NCBI GenBank assembly: GCA_965367815.1
Contig: CBDUKN010000003.1
Location: forward strand, 68,794-132,793
Origin: an uncultured Thermoprotei archaeon
GTDB lineage: Archaea > Thermoproteota > Thermoprotei > Thermofilales > B15-G2
Length of the DNA: 64,000 nucleotides
Direction: 5' to 3'
Shown: in pieces, positions 8,141 through 16,928 of the stretch
Layout of the letters: each line of letters opens with the position of its first letter
Numbering within the stretch: position 1 is the first letter of the stretch
Translations under genes and position numbers: made by a program
Notes under the pieces: generated by a model
Database searches by the model: none
Told to the model about the DNA's origin: nothing
What the model saw: only the letters and a program-made list of their open reading frames with translations

Positions 8141-8558
8141 ATTCCTTTAAGACAAGTTTTTCTAATAGCTTAAAGTCAAGATATTCTCTAATAGTAGTGT
8201 CGACAGCAAGAGCTCTCAAGTACTCGTCTCTAGAAAACAGCAGTTTTCCTCTAGTGAAAACATGATACTTGAATGATAGAGGAGCTTCATTTAAAACATG
8301 AATGTCTACTGGAAAGCCTATTTCTAGCTCCAGCTTAGCCGAGTAGTCGACAGTATAGTAGAAAGCTTTTTCAATAGACTTAATCCATATTGCTACATCG
8401 ATATCTCTAAAGAAGCTTCTTTCAAGAAAACCTCCGTGAACATACGCAAATACTATTTCTTCTTCGCTGAGAAGCTTTTCTTTAAGTCTCTCAAGTATGA
8501 ACTCCTTTTCTTCCTTCCTTAATTCATAGTACTTAAACACAGGTATCATGTTTTTCAA
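8133..8558 (-). CDS. Minimal nucleotidyltransferase (MNT) domain protein, antitoxin partner of a HEPN/MNT pair
   Basis: 141 aa with VHGGFLERSFFRDIDVAIW (G-x-nucleotidyltransferase motif with DxD). It lies directly downstream of a DUF86/HEPN remnant on the same strand. Confidence 0.7.
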   Translation of the reverse strand: MKNMIPVFKYYELRKEEKEFILERLKEKLLSEEEIVFAYVHGGFLERSFFRDIDVAIWIKSIEKAFYYTVDYSAKLELEIGFPVDIHVLNEAPLSFKYHVFTRGKLLFSRDEYLRALAVDTTIREYLDFKLLEKLVLKEST

Positions 8559-8566
8559 TAAATTTT

Positions 8567-8934
8567 CTAATATAGGATATATTCTTCAAAGTCTTTTAAA
8601 CCTTTCTTAGAGCTCTCGTAGACTTTCTCATCTATTATCTCTCAGTACCTATGTATAAGCAAATTTCTTAATCTAGCAGCTAAGACTAGTCTACGAGCTA
8701 GTTCTCAGGAATAACGCCTTTTAAGCCAAGTCTGCTAAAGCAGTCAGGGTATCCTATTGCTTTTTCACTAAAAATATTTGCTAAAATATGTATACAGATA
8801 GCAGCGGCTGCTTCAACAAGCTGGATTATAAGATATCTTAAAGAAATTTTTTCATAAATACTTAGCTTACCGAAATCTTTATTGGTAATTTCACGAATTA
8901 TTTGAGCAGCATCATTTATCTCTCTTATGTGCAT
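8567..8934 (-). pseudogene. HEPN (DUF86) toxin gene, disrupted
   Basis: ORF 8698..8934 (...IIQLVEAAAAICIHILA...GVIPEN*) ends prematurely. After a 1-nt frame change the sequence reads ELARRLVLAARLRNLLIHRY, which is the HEPN R-x4-6-H motif. An in-frame TGA follows at 8642..8644, then EIIDEKVYESSKKGLKDFEEYILY* ending at 8567. Confidence 0.6.
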
Positions 8935-9051
8935 TTCAAGGTAATCTTTATTTACTTTTGGAATTTCAAGCCACCAATTTTCATCTAACCAGGCTAATAA
9001 ATTATTTATTTTCTTGCCGAAAACCCTAGTTGTCCTTAAATAGTTTAATAA

Positions 9052-9861
9052 ATGCTACACTTGATAATAGTCACTGTGCAGGAAATCCGCAATCCTCTTA
9101 AGGACAAATTCAGAAACAAGGATGTAGCCCTAGGTGTAGCTGTAACTATTCCTTGCCCTGAAGTAGCTGAAGCTTTAGCCCATATTGGTTTTGACTGGCT
9201 TTTCATAGATATGGAGCATGCTCCCTTAGAGCTAACCGACGTGAAGCTCATTTTACAGGCAGTAGCAGGAACAAATACAGTACCAGTAGTCAGAGTTCCT
9301 TGGAACGACTTCGTTATAATAAAAAGAGTACTCGACTTAGGAGTATTCAATATTATCGTCCCGTGGATAAATAGCCGTAAAGAAGCAGAAGAAGCCGTAA
9401 AAGCATGCAAATACCCACCTGAAGGAATTAGAGGATGCGGGCCTCTAAGAGCCTCACTGTACGGCCTTAAGACTAAAGAATACTTAGAGAAAGCTAATTT
9501 TGAAGTAGCAGTTATTGTTCAAATAGAAACAGCTAAAGCAGTACAGAATATCAATGAAATACTATCAGTTAAAGGAGTAGACGCCACTTTCGTCGGGCCA
9601 ATGGATTTATCTGTTTCACTAGGTTATCTAGGGAACCCACAACATCCCGAAGTAAAAGCCGCCATAGAGAAAATAGCTGAAGCCCACGAAAATACAAAAG
9701 TATGTCCAGGCATAGCCTCATCAATAGAACAGCTTAAAGAACACCTCGAGCTAGGATACAGATTCATCAACATTGGAAGCGACATAGGCTTAATAAGAGG
9801 AGGAGCGAGAAAACTCCTTCAATCAGCTAAAAACATACTAAAAGAATCAGCCTTCTCTTAA
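9052..9861 (+). CDS. HpcH/HpaI family aldolase (2-keto-3-deoxy-sugar-acid / 2,4-dihydroxyhept-2-enedioate aldolase-like)
   Basis: 269 aa with GFDWLFIDMEHAP, VRVPWND...IKRVLDLG and KYPPEGIRG, all characteristic of the HpcH/HpaI aldolase family. Confidence 0.8.
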   Translation: MLHLIIVTVQEIRNPLKDKFRNKDVALGVAVTIPCPEVAEALAHIGFDWLFIDMEHAPLELTDVKLILQAVAGTNTVPVVRVPWNDFVIIKRVLDLGVFNIIVPWINSRKEAEEAVKACKYPPEGIRGCGPLRASLYGLKTKEYLEKANFEVAVIVQIETAKAVQNINEILSVKGVDATFVGPMDLSVSLGYLGNPQHPEVKAAIEKIAEAHENTKVCPGIASSIEQLKEHLELGYRFINIGSDIGLIRGGARKLLQSAKNILKESAFS

Positions 9862-10021
9862 ACTCCATAACTAAATAGTATTTCAGCAAAATTCAATTTA
9901 ATAAGCCCTATATATTTACTCTAAAATTCTTAACCTATTTATTTAATCTATCTATTTAATTCTACCTAATGTTGATTTACTTAAATAAAAAATTAAATAT
10001 CTCATTTGTTCTAGAACAATA

Positions 10022-10444
10022 GTGATGCGGATGAAAATCACTAAATACAATGTAGTATCTATACTCATAATATTGGCACTAGTGAGCACATGGATTTCAC
10101 AATTAGCTGTAACGTATCCTACAATAGAGCCTCACTCTGAAGCTCCTCCCAATCAATGCTGGCCTGTGAAACTCTGCTCAGACTCAAGTTTTCAGGTTTG
10201 TGTCGATAACTGCTATAAAGAGGCAGGATTTACCGGATGGGAGTGCGGAGAGTGGGTCATTTTAGTCGCATCTGTTGTAGCAATTGAAATAGAAGGACCA
10301 TACTTAGCTAAAGTAGGAATCATAGCAGAAAAGGTAATTGCGGCAGCAAGGGTATCTACTGAGATATATTTGACGTTTAAAGCAAGTTCTCCGTGTGCAG
10401 GTTATATTAATCATGCAAGTGCGGCCCTTAACTGTATCTTGTAG
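10022..10444 (+). CDS. Small secreted cysteine-rich protein (no recognised family)
   Basis: 140 aa with an N-terminal hydrophobic signal/anchor (VVSILIILALVSTWISQLAV) followed by eight Cys residues. It lies in a very AT-rich region with no recognisable homology. Confidence 0.4.
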   Translation: MMRMKITKYNVVSILIILALVSTWISQLAVTYPTIEPHSEAPPNQCWPVKLCSDSSFQVCVDNCYKEAGFTGWECGEWVILVASVVAIEIEGPYLAKVGIIAEKVIAAARVSTEIYLTFKASSPCAGYINHASAALNCIL

Positions 10445-10487
10445 TCGGTGAAGAGATACTTTAATCTGTTCTACACGTAGATTAAGG

Positions 10488-10802
10488 GTGATGAAAATGA
10501 AAAATATTATTTCAAAAATAAGGAATAGTCTTTTAGTAATAAAGGAATTTAAAACTGCTCCTTTAGTAATCAAGCTTCAATGCTTCTGCTCTATTCTTTT
10601 ATTCTTTTCACTTTTTACCAGAAATCGTATAATTATTTTATTAGTTTTAATATACTACGCTACCTTAGAGTATTTAGACCTCGAAGTATTTCCTAAACGC
10701 ATTAAGTCTCCTAACTACTCAAAGTGGTTTAAAAGAACTGCTAAGTTGAACCATCTTTTAGAGTTTATACTTATCTTAATAGCCGTATTTACAGTAACTT
10801 AG
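10488..10802 (+). CDS. Small predicted membrane protein (no recognised family)
   Basis: 104 aa with two to three hydrophobic helices. It sits directly downstream of the Cys-rich ORF. Coding status is uncertain. Confidence 0.3.
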   Translation: MMKMKNIISKIRNSLLVIKEFKTAPLVIKLQCFCSILLFFSLFTRNRIIILLVLIYYATLEYLDLEVFPKRIKSPNYSKWFKRTAKLNHLLEFILILIAVFTVT

Positions 10803-11144
10803 TGCGAAACGAGGAATCTGGCTAATGAAGGTGAAGAATGTAAAAGATACTTCCTGTAAATTTATGCTCTACATTTTTATGAACCCAGTATTGCTAGTGA
10901 TAATAGCACTTTTACCCTTATGGTATCCTAATAGTTTGTTCTATAAAATACTTCTTTAACGCAGAGTAAAGTTTTCGAGAAATATAAGATGAGTGGAGTA
11001 CTGTAGAGACTATTGTTGAAGCAATACTGACTATGATTCTTAAATAGCTATCACTATGAGTCTAGTAAGCTCGCTCACTAATTTACACAGAAAATGTATT
11101 AGTTGATGAAGGTTATTTGAGAGTACTGTAAAACTGTTTCTTAG

Positions 11145-11702
11145 TCACTTAGGTTGCAGTATAGCTGATAGTGCAGGAACATCTCTTTTAGTTTCGTCGA
11201 AAATACGTCCCCATGCGTGATATATTTCATGTATTTCAATAACTTTAAATGCTTTTGCGAATACTTTGTAGAGAGTGTGCTTGAGTTCGCTGTGAGGAAC
11301 GATGTGCGGCTCTTCATCGAATTCTAGGAGGAGAAGTCCTCTCGGTTTAAGTATTCTGTATAGCTCGCCTACGTAGAGTCTGTGGTTTTTAATGAAAGTG
11401 AAGGTGTAGGAGTCTACAACTGCATCGAAAGAGTTTTCTCTAAAGGGTAGAGTTAAGTCAGCTGTTGCCATAATTTTGTCACATTCTATTGAAAGATTGA
11501 GCAGGGGTATCGAAGCTATATCCAGCGCGACTACATGAAAATTCATTTTCCTTAGGAAAAGCGTGTTTCGTCCTGACCCACACCCTATGTCAAGTACTCT
11601 AGCGCGTTTATCTAGCATTTGCACTAGTCTTTCTAGTCTGGGAGAATGCCTTCCATTAAGTCCTTCAAATAGCTCTTTGCTGTGAGTTCTCCATGAGTGC
11701 AT
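11145..11702 (-). CDS. Class I SAM-dependent methyltransferase
   Basis: 185 aa with SAM-binding motif I VLDIGCGSGRNTLFL and a downstream acidic loop VVALDI. Confidence 0.75.
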   Translation of the reverse strand: MHSWRTHSKELFEGLNGRHSPRLERLVQMLDKRARVLDIGCGSGRNTLFLRKMNFHVVALDIASIPLLNLSIECDKIMATADLTLPFRENSFDAVVDSYTFTFIKNHRLYVGELYRILKPRGLLLLEFDEEPHIVPHSELKHTLYKVFAKAFKVIEIHEIYHAWGRIFDETKRDVPALSAILQPK

Positions 11703-11712
11703 AGCTCTTGAG

Positions 11713-12013
11713 CTACGGTCGCCTGCTATTAAACTTAGCGCTCAACATTTTCTCTAGGCTGTCTATGTTACTTCTAATGTACTTTAGAGTAGCCAGTAGC
11801 TCGTTTATATGCTTCTCGTTGATGTAGTAAGCTACTCTAGGCCTATCGGCAGTAATCCATTTCTTAGAGACTATTTCTATCTTAATCATTGTTTTCAAAT
11901 GGCTATGGTATAGTCTGCCTAGGTACACCGAGTATTTTCTCTAGCTGGCTAAGAGTTACCGGCACATCAGCTGCAGCCAGTATTACTAGTAACGCTAGCC
12001 TAATAGGATGCAT
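11713..12013 (-). pseudogene. Winged-helix (ArsR/MarR-like) transcriptional regulator with a single frameshift
   Basis: The N-terminal frame from ATG 12013 reads MHPIRLALLVILAAADVPVTLSQLEKILGVPRQTIP*. After a 1-nt shift near 11905-11915 it continues as ORF 11713..11928 (...YHSHLKTMIKIEIVSKKWITADRPRVAYYINE...). Joined, the sequence gives a canonical HTH ...LGVPRQTIYHSHLKTM.... Confidence 0.5.
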
Positions 12014-12024
12014 AAGCAGTTTCT

Positions 12025-12549
12025 TCAAGTCTCTTGGAGTCTTTTTCTCGTGAACCAATAGTAACCACCTGCTGACGCTGATACCAGTAGAGCATAGAGG
12101 AGAATAAGATATGAGGCAACTAAAGCAAATCCTTCTTTTCCAGCAGGAAGGGCCAATGCTGCTGAAACACTAGCTACAACAGGTACAGTAATTGCGACGG
12201 TAATTAATGTTAGCCAAGATAATCTTACTTTATAGCCGCATATATTTAGAGCGGCGAGTATTGCACATAGTTCAGCGAGAAAGCAGCTTAATAACATCAA
12301 GTTTATTTGTACTGTTTCTTCACTTATCTTTACAAGCTGTGAAGGCAAGCTTAGTCTTCTACTCATAAAACGCAGATACCATGTGAAGCTGAGTACAAGC
12401 ACTACGAATAAAGCTATGAAAGTTAATCCATAAAGAGGAGATGTTTCAGCGAGTTTGTCGACTTTATATAGTATTGTGGTAGTGTATACGGTGATCATCG
12501 ATGATAGCAAGAAGAGCTGATATACAGCTGAAAACAGTGAGTACAACAA
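12025..12549 (-). CDS. Predicted multi-pass membrane protein
   Basis: 174 aa with about five hydrophobic helices. It lies upstream of, and co-oriented with, the HTH and methyltransferase genes. The start is uncertain: TTG at 12549, internal ATGs, and an overlapping 74-aa ORF at 12464..12688 in another frame. Confidence 0.5.
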   Translation of the reverse strand: MLYSLFSAVYQLFLLSSMITVYTTTILYKVDKLAETSPLYGLTFIALFVVLVLSFTWYLRFMSRRLSLPSQLVKISEETVQINLMLLSCFLAELCAILAALNICGYKVRLSWLTLITVAITVPVVASVSAALALPAGKEGFALVASYLILLYALLVSASAGGYYWFTRKRLQET

Positions 12550-12726
12550 AATAGTTTCTGTAAACTAAAGCATCTTCAGCATCAGCAAAACTAATAGCCT
12601 TCTCTAAAATCTCTTGACTCATTTTATCACAGCATTTTATCTCGATACTGCTTATATTAGCGTCCATTAGAGTCGAAAACTCCGACAAAAAAGAATATAA
12701 TTATGTAATTACTTAATTACCTAGTT

Positions 12727-12957
12727 ATGAGAAAGTATTCTACAATATCTATTCCTGTAGAAGTAAAAAGAGTCTTGGAGAAAGATAAAGGTAAGGAGAG
12801 CTGGGGAGAATACCTTATGAAACTATATAATGACTCCCGCATATACAGGAAAAAGAAGGCATTTCAAGAGCTCGTCAAGCTACTTGACGAAGAAGACTTA
12901 AGAAACATTGAAATAGAGAGTAAAAAGTTTAGAGAGAACTTTAAGCTTCGAACATGA
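12727..12957 (+). CDS. vapB: VapB-type antitoxin
   Basis: 76-aa ORF with a 4-nt ATGA overlap onto the following PIN gene. The N-terminal STISIPVEVKRVLEK strand-helix is typical of small archaeal antitoxins. Confidence 0.6.
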   Translation: MRKYSTISIPVEVKRVLEKDKGKESWGEYLMKLYNDSRIYRKKKAFQELVKLLDEEDLRNIEIESKKFRENFKLRT

Positions 12958-13304
12958 TTTACGATACAAGTATAGTAATAGAAATGATACGTAGGAATAG
13001 ATTTGCAGAAGGCAGTATTTCTGTTTTAACTTTAATTGAGGTATTAAGGGGAGTTAAGTCTAGTAAAAGAGAAAAAACTAAAAAACTTTTAGAGGAAATA
13101 TTTGATATATATTATTTGGATAATGAAATTATTTTAAAATATTGTGAATTATATAATTTTCTAAAGAAAGAAGGCAAATTAATACCAGATGCAGACCTAA
13201 TAATAGCGGCTACAGCATTAACATACGGAGAAGAATTGATTACAAAAGATAAACACTTTTTAGTACTTGAAAAAGCGGGCCTGAGAGTAACAGTTTTAGA
13301 TTGA
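12954..13304 (+). CDS. vapC: VapC-type PIN-domain toxin
   Basis: 116 aa with MIYDTSIVIE (first PIN Asp), a central E, and IPDADLIIAATAL...ITKDKHF (C-terminal PIN acidic residues). Confidence 0.7.
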   Translation: MIYDTSIVIEMIRRNRFAEGSISVLTLIEVLRGVKSSKREKTKKLLEEIFDIYYLDNEIILKYCELYNFLKKEGKLIPDADLIIAATALTYGEELITKDKHFLVLEKAGLRVTVLD

Positions 13305-14741
13305 GTTCTTTTCACATAATTCCTTAAAGCTCTCTAAGTATTCTTCAACATACTTATCGTCAATACTAAGTCTCTTTACTTCAATACTTTCAAGCTGAGG
13401 CAGTTCTACATCGAGGTCTTTTAAGCTCTTATCCTCCAGAGCAGCTTTGCCTACGAGTGCGGCTCCGAGGCTAGTTGCTTCAGTGTACTTGTAGTACACT
13501 ATAGTATTGTAGGGCATTAGCGTAGCTAAATACCTTAAGTAGTGGGGATTCTTGGCGAAACCTCCTTGAACAAGTATTCTTAAGCCCTTTTTGCCTCGAG
13601 TAAGCAGACTTAAAGCAAAGTATGTCTGCGCAGCCAAAGACAAGTTGAGCACATGGTATGCTGTCGCAGGATCTCTGAAGAACTCTTTTTCCTTTACTAT
13701 TCTACCTTTAGAGCAAGGGAACTGGCCAGTACCAGGAGTGAGAGTCGGCACAACATAAGCTGTTTGTTCCTTAATGATTTTAACTGCAAGCTTCTCGTCA
13801 AAAGGTATTTTGAGAGGATCTACGTTAAACCTTTTCCTAGTAATGTTAATGTAGTATTCGAATTCGTAGCCACACTTAAATCTCGCCGACTTAATGGGTC
13901 TACCATAAACATCAATGTAGTACAATATATCCCGATAAACGTCTTCTTTAGCTGGAGAATATTCTGCGCTAGGGTACATGAAAACACACCATGTTCCAGT
14001 AGAAGCTAACACGAATTCCTTTTTCTCGGCGAGAAGGAAAGGTACGAGAGACGCGTTAGAGTCATGTATTCCTGCCGCGACTTTAACTCCCTTATATTTG
14101 CCAATACAGTCCCAGACGTTGTAGAAAGGCGGAGATTTCTCCGGGACATCTAGGCCTTTAGCTACAATACTCCAGTCTTTATCTACTATATCGTAGAGAT
14201 ATGTGTGGCAGCCAACTGAAGTTATTTCAGTAGCTTTACCTCCACTCAAAATAAATGAAAAGTATTCTGGAAGAAACAGAATAGTCTTCGTTTTCTCGTA
14301 GACTTCAGGGAACTCGTTTTTAATCCAGTAAAGCTGAAGACCAACATTCAGCAACTGGCCTAGAGGAGGAGTTCCTGTACGTACGTAAAGTTCTTCAGGC
14401 GAACCGTATTCCTCGAAGAACTTCTGCCTTACCTCGGGTTCTATTTCCTGATTATATGATACAACAGGGAATGCAAGCTTATCTTCAGCATCAAGAAGAA
14501 CTACTGTAGCACCGAAAGTCGTGAAAACAATCGAACCTATGTTAAACCTGCTCAAAGCACTATCTAGTACAGAAAGCACCCACGAATTAATTGCATCAAC
14601 ATCGTCACAGATTATGCCGTTAGTTTTCTTTTCCTCTATTTTAGTAGAAGTAGTGTATGCGACATTCAGCTCCTCGTCAAAAACAGTGAACTTCTTGTTA
14701 GTTTTACCAATATCGAAGACAGCTATATTCTTTCCAACCAT
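13296..14741 (-). CDS. FGGY-family carbohydrate kinase (rhamnulokinase/fuculokinase-like)
   Basis: 481 aa with N-terminal IAVFDIGKTNKKF (phosphate-1 motif), GIHDSNASLVP, ASTGTW and a C-terminal GGFAKN motif typical of FGGY kinases. Confidence 0.8.
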   Translation of the reverse strand: MVGKNIAVFDIGKTNKKFTVFDEELNVAYTTSTKIEEKKTNGIICDDVDAINSWVLSVLDSALSRFNIGSIVFTTFGATVVLLDAEDKLAFPVVSYNQEIEPEVRQKFFEEYGSPEELYVRTGTPPLGQLLNVGLQLYWIKNEFPEVYEKTKTILFLPEYFSFILSGGKATEITSVGCHTYLYDIVDKDWSIVAKGLDVPEKSPPFYNVWDCIGKYKGVKVAAGIHDSNASLVPFLLAEKKEFVLASTGTWCVFMYPSAEYSPAKEDVYRDILYYIDVYGRPIKSARFKCGYEFEYYINITRKRFNVDPLKIPFDEKLAVKIIKEQTAYVVPTLTPGTGQFPCSKGRIVKEKEFFRDPATAYHVLNLSLAAQTYFALSLLTRGKKGLRILVQGGFAKNPHYLRYLATLMPYNTIVYYKYTEATSLGAALVGKAALEDKSLKDLDVELPQLESIEVKRLSIDDKYVEEYLESFKELCEKNSI

Positions 14742-15356
14742 AGGCCTCTATCTATAATACATTCTAGGAAATAAATCCCTTAAACAAGAAACTGAAAGCA
14801 TGTTAAGCAATAAATATGTTAATCTATGAGAATTTTTACTGAGTTTATCATCAATAAAGCTAGTTTTAAGAGATAATACATATCTGTTATAGTGTTTTAT
14901 AGTAGCCATTGTTCTACTTACACAAGTTTCAGGGACCAGTAAGTTTAAAATATAGTGTTTCAGCTTACTCGGAAAATTCATTTCAGTTCTTGCTACAGTG
15001 TTTTCAGGAATAGAGGCGATACTTTATACATTCCCTGAAACAACAGTAGACAGGCCGCTGATAATATACGCTAAACTAAGATACGAAGTCCTAGCAATAC
15101 CAGTAGTAATTATTGTAATAGCTATTGCTGCAGTAGTTCTTTTAGTAAGGAAGAGAAAACAAGTGTAATACTAGTTAATCTAATTAAATTTATTCATATT
15201 TTTATTTCTACTAACATATAGCCTAGCTACGTGCAAAGAAATTACTAAAATAGTATAAGTGCTTATTTCTGTTTCTTTATTAAGGATTATATAGTGAAAA
15301 CTATTCGAAATATTAAATATTTAAGAAAGTAGCGTTCTCTAATTGAAAGAATAGAG

Positions 15357-16118
15357 TTACTTTAGTCTTTTGATAAGCCTGTATTCTACTCCAGTTACTT
15401 TAAATCCAACATTAATTAATGTTGATATGAAAGCTTCTTTAGTTGAGTCTACTGGAATTACTATACTTTTAATTCTCCACTTATGTGAACATATTTTGAG
15501 GCCTTCGAGGAGAGCGCTTAGAGCTTCTTTTGGACACTGATAAGGTAAGGCAAGGTAGTCTATTACTGTAATAGTATCTGGCTCAAATTCCATTAATCCC
15601 TTAAATCTTCTCTTCTTGTAGACTGCTAGTATCTTCTCGTTTTTTATTCTACTGTATATCTGTGAATCAGCTTCCTCCGTTATAAGAGACCACCAGACTG
15701 AAGGCTTAGCTTTAATTCTAGCACGTAGCTTTGATGCCTTACTCGAGTCAATTAACTTTACTTTAAACTCTGTGTTCTGCGAAAACTTTACTTTACTCAA
15801 GTCTAGTGATAAGAGCAGTACTACGCCCTTAATACTGTACTTTTGTTTCAGATAAAAGCCTAGTGCACTCGTATTGCCTGATTTTACGCTAAGCTCTACT
15901 TTCTCTGCTCCAGCTTTCTTAGCCTTATTTTCAAATGCTCTAAGGAGACTAGAGCCTAGACCTAGTCCACGGTACTGAGGGTGCACTGCCAAGGCCTCTA
16001 CATAGCTTTCCTTTTTATTCAAGTATCCTAAGAGAAATCCTGCTACTTTACTGCCTACAGCAGCTACAAGGAGCACTATGTTCTTTGGCTTTGATTCAAG
16101 TAAAGCCTGAAACCACAC
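15357..16118 (-). CDS. GNAT family N-acetyltransferase (two-domain)
   Basis: Acetyl-CoA motif A is present: LAVHPQYRGLGLGSSLLRAFENKAKKAG. The ORF-track start is a GTG at 16118. The frame stays open 33 codons further upstream (to 16217) and there encodes a typical GNAT N-terminus (IREAQLRDLSDILAVYN), but without any ATG/GTG/TTG. Confidence 0.75.
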   Translation of the reverse strand: MWFQALLESKPKNIVLLVAAVGSKVAGFLLGYLNKKESYVEALAVHPQYRGLGLGSSLLRAFENKAKKAGAEKVELSVKSGNTSALGFYLKQKYSIKGVVLLLSLDLSKVKFSQNTEFKVKLIDSSKASKLRARIKAKPSVWWSLITEEADSQIYSRIKNEKILAVYKKRRFKGLMEFEPDTITVIDYLALPYQCPKEALSALLEGLKICSHKWRIKSIVIPVDSTKEAFISTLINVGFKVTGVEYRLIKRLK

Positions 16119-16372
16119 AGGATCTTCTTCATCCAGTTCTCTCAGGCTATAATTGTAGACGGCAAGAATATCGCTTAAGTCTCTTAACTGGGCTTCTCTA
16201 ATATAAATACTGTTTATTCAAGAGGCTTTACATGCCATAATCTCGGCTCGCCTAAGGCTACAGCTACCCTAAATATATTATTTTCGCACAATAATTGTTT
16301 CAGTATTAGGGAAAATATAATAAGGAAGCTTCTGCACTAGAAGACTGCACTTTCAGGTGCAGATGAAGTAGA

Positions 16373-16783
16373 ATGGGTAGTAGCGAGTTAATAAAAGTAA
16401 GAGACTTAATGCCTAATTCTAAGCATGTAAATATTCGAGTAAAAGTATTGAGCGTAGGAGAAGAGAGAAGCGTAATATCTAGATTTGATGGATCTGAACA
16501 TAGGGTAGCTGAAGCTCTTGTAGGAGACGAGACTGGAGTAATTTTACTCACTCTCTGGAACGACAACATTGACTTAATTAGAGAAAAAGAAGACTCTACG
16601 ATTATAATCAGAAACGGCTACATATCGATATTCAGGAACACAATGCGCCTTAACTTGGGGCGGAGAGGAACAGTAGAAGACAGCGACGTCGAAATAGAAG
16701 AAGTCAATACGGACAACAACTTATCTGAGCAAGTAATACCCGGCAGACCCAGATTCCAGAGAAGACGCAACAGACGAAGATAG
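16373..16783 (+). CDS. ssb: Crenarchaeal-type single-OB-fold ssDNA-binding protein, paralog 1, with a basic C-terminal tail
   Basis: 136 aa. VNIRVKVLSVGEER...RVAEALVGDETGVILLTLWND...LNLGRRG aligns by eye with Sulfolobus SSB (VTVRVLE...ISEAIVGDETGRVKLTLWG...LNAGSK). The tail is PGRPRFQRRRNRRR. Confidence 0.65.
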   Translation: MGSSELIKVRDLMPNSKHVNIRVKVLSVGEERSVISRFDGSEHRVAEALVGDETGVILLTLWNDNIDLIREKEDSTIIIRNGYISIFRNTMRLNLGRRGTVEDSDVEIEEVNTDNNLSEQVIPGRPRFQRRRNRRR

Positions 16784-16928
16784 CAGTAAAACATTCCTAT
16801 TCAAAGTTTCATTAACATTTTTTACTAAATATGTTTTGCTTTAAAGACAGTTTACTGCTATTAAATACTTTATAAGAGAGATAAGTTTATAAGCAAGAGT
16901 TTCCCTAAAGGTTATACAAAGTGGTAGC

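Noticed and set aside
10487-10560. GTGATGA (C-box-like) motif as a possible C/D box sRNA.
   Set aside because: There is no CTGA D box or terminal stem at the expected 50-70 nt spacing, and the motif coincides with the start of ORF 10488.
12464-12688. 74-aa ORF overlapping the 5' end of membrane-protein gene 12025..12549 in another frame (possible frameshifted N-terminal extension).
   Set aside because: Both frames encode plausible hydrophobic helices in the overlap, and I recognise no family. I cannot decide between a separate small gene, a frameshift and a spurious ORF, so I did not call it.
14748-15168. ORF 14748..14981 (-) and an unlisted plus-strand frame 14893..15168 ending in a TM anchor (LAIPVVIIVIAIAAVVLLVRKRKQV).
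   Set aside because: The minus ORF has odd composition and no motif. The plus frame has no canonical start before GTG 14998, which gives only 56 aa. It may be a gene remnant, but I cannot support it.
16331-16363. Short inverted repeat (CTGCAC ... GTGCAG, 6-bp stem) just upstream of the first SSB start codon.
   Set aside because: The stem is too short and AT-context-neutral to distinguish from chance, and there is no second occurrence upstream of the paralog.
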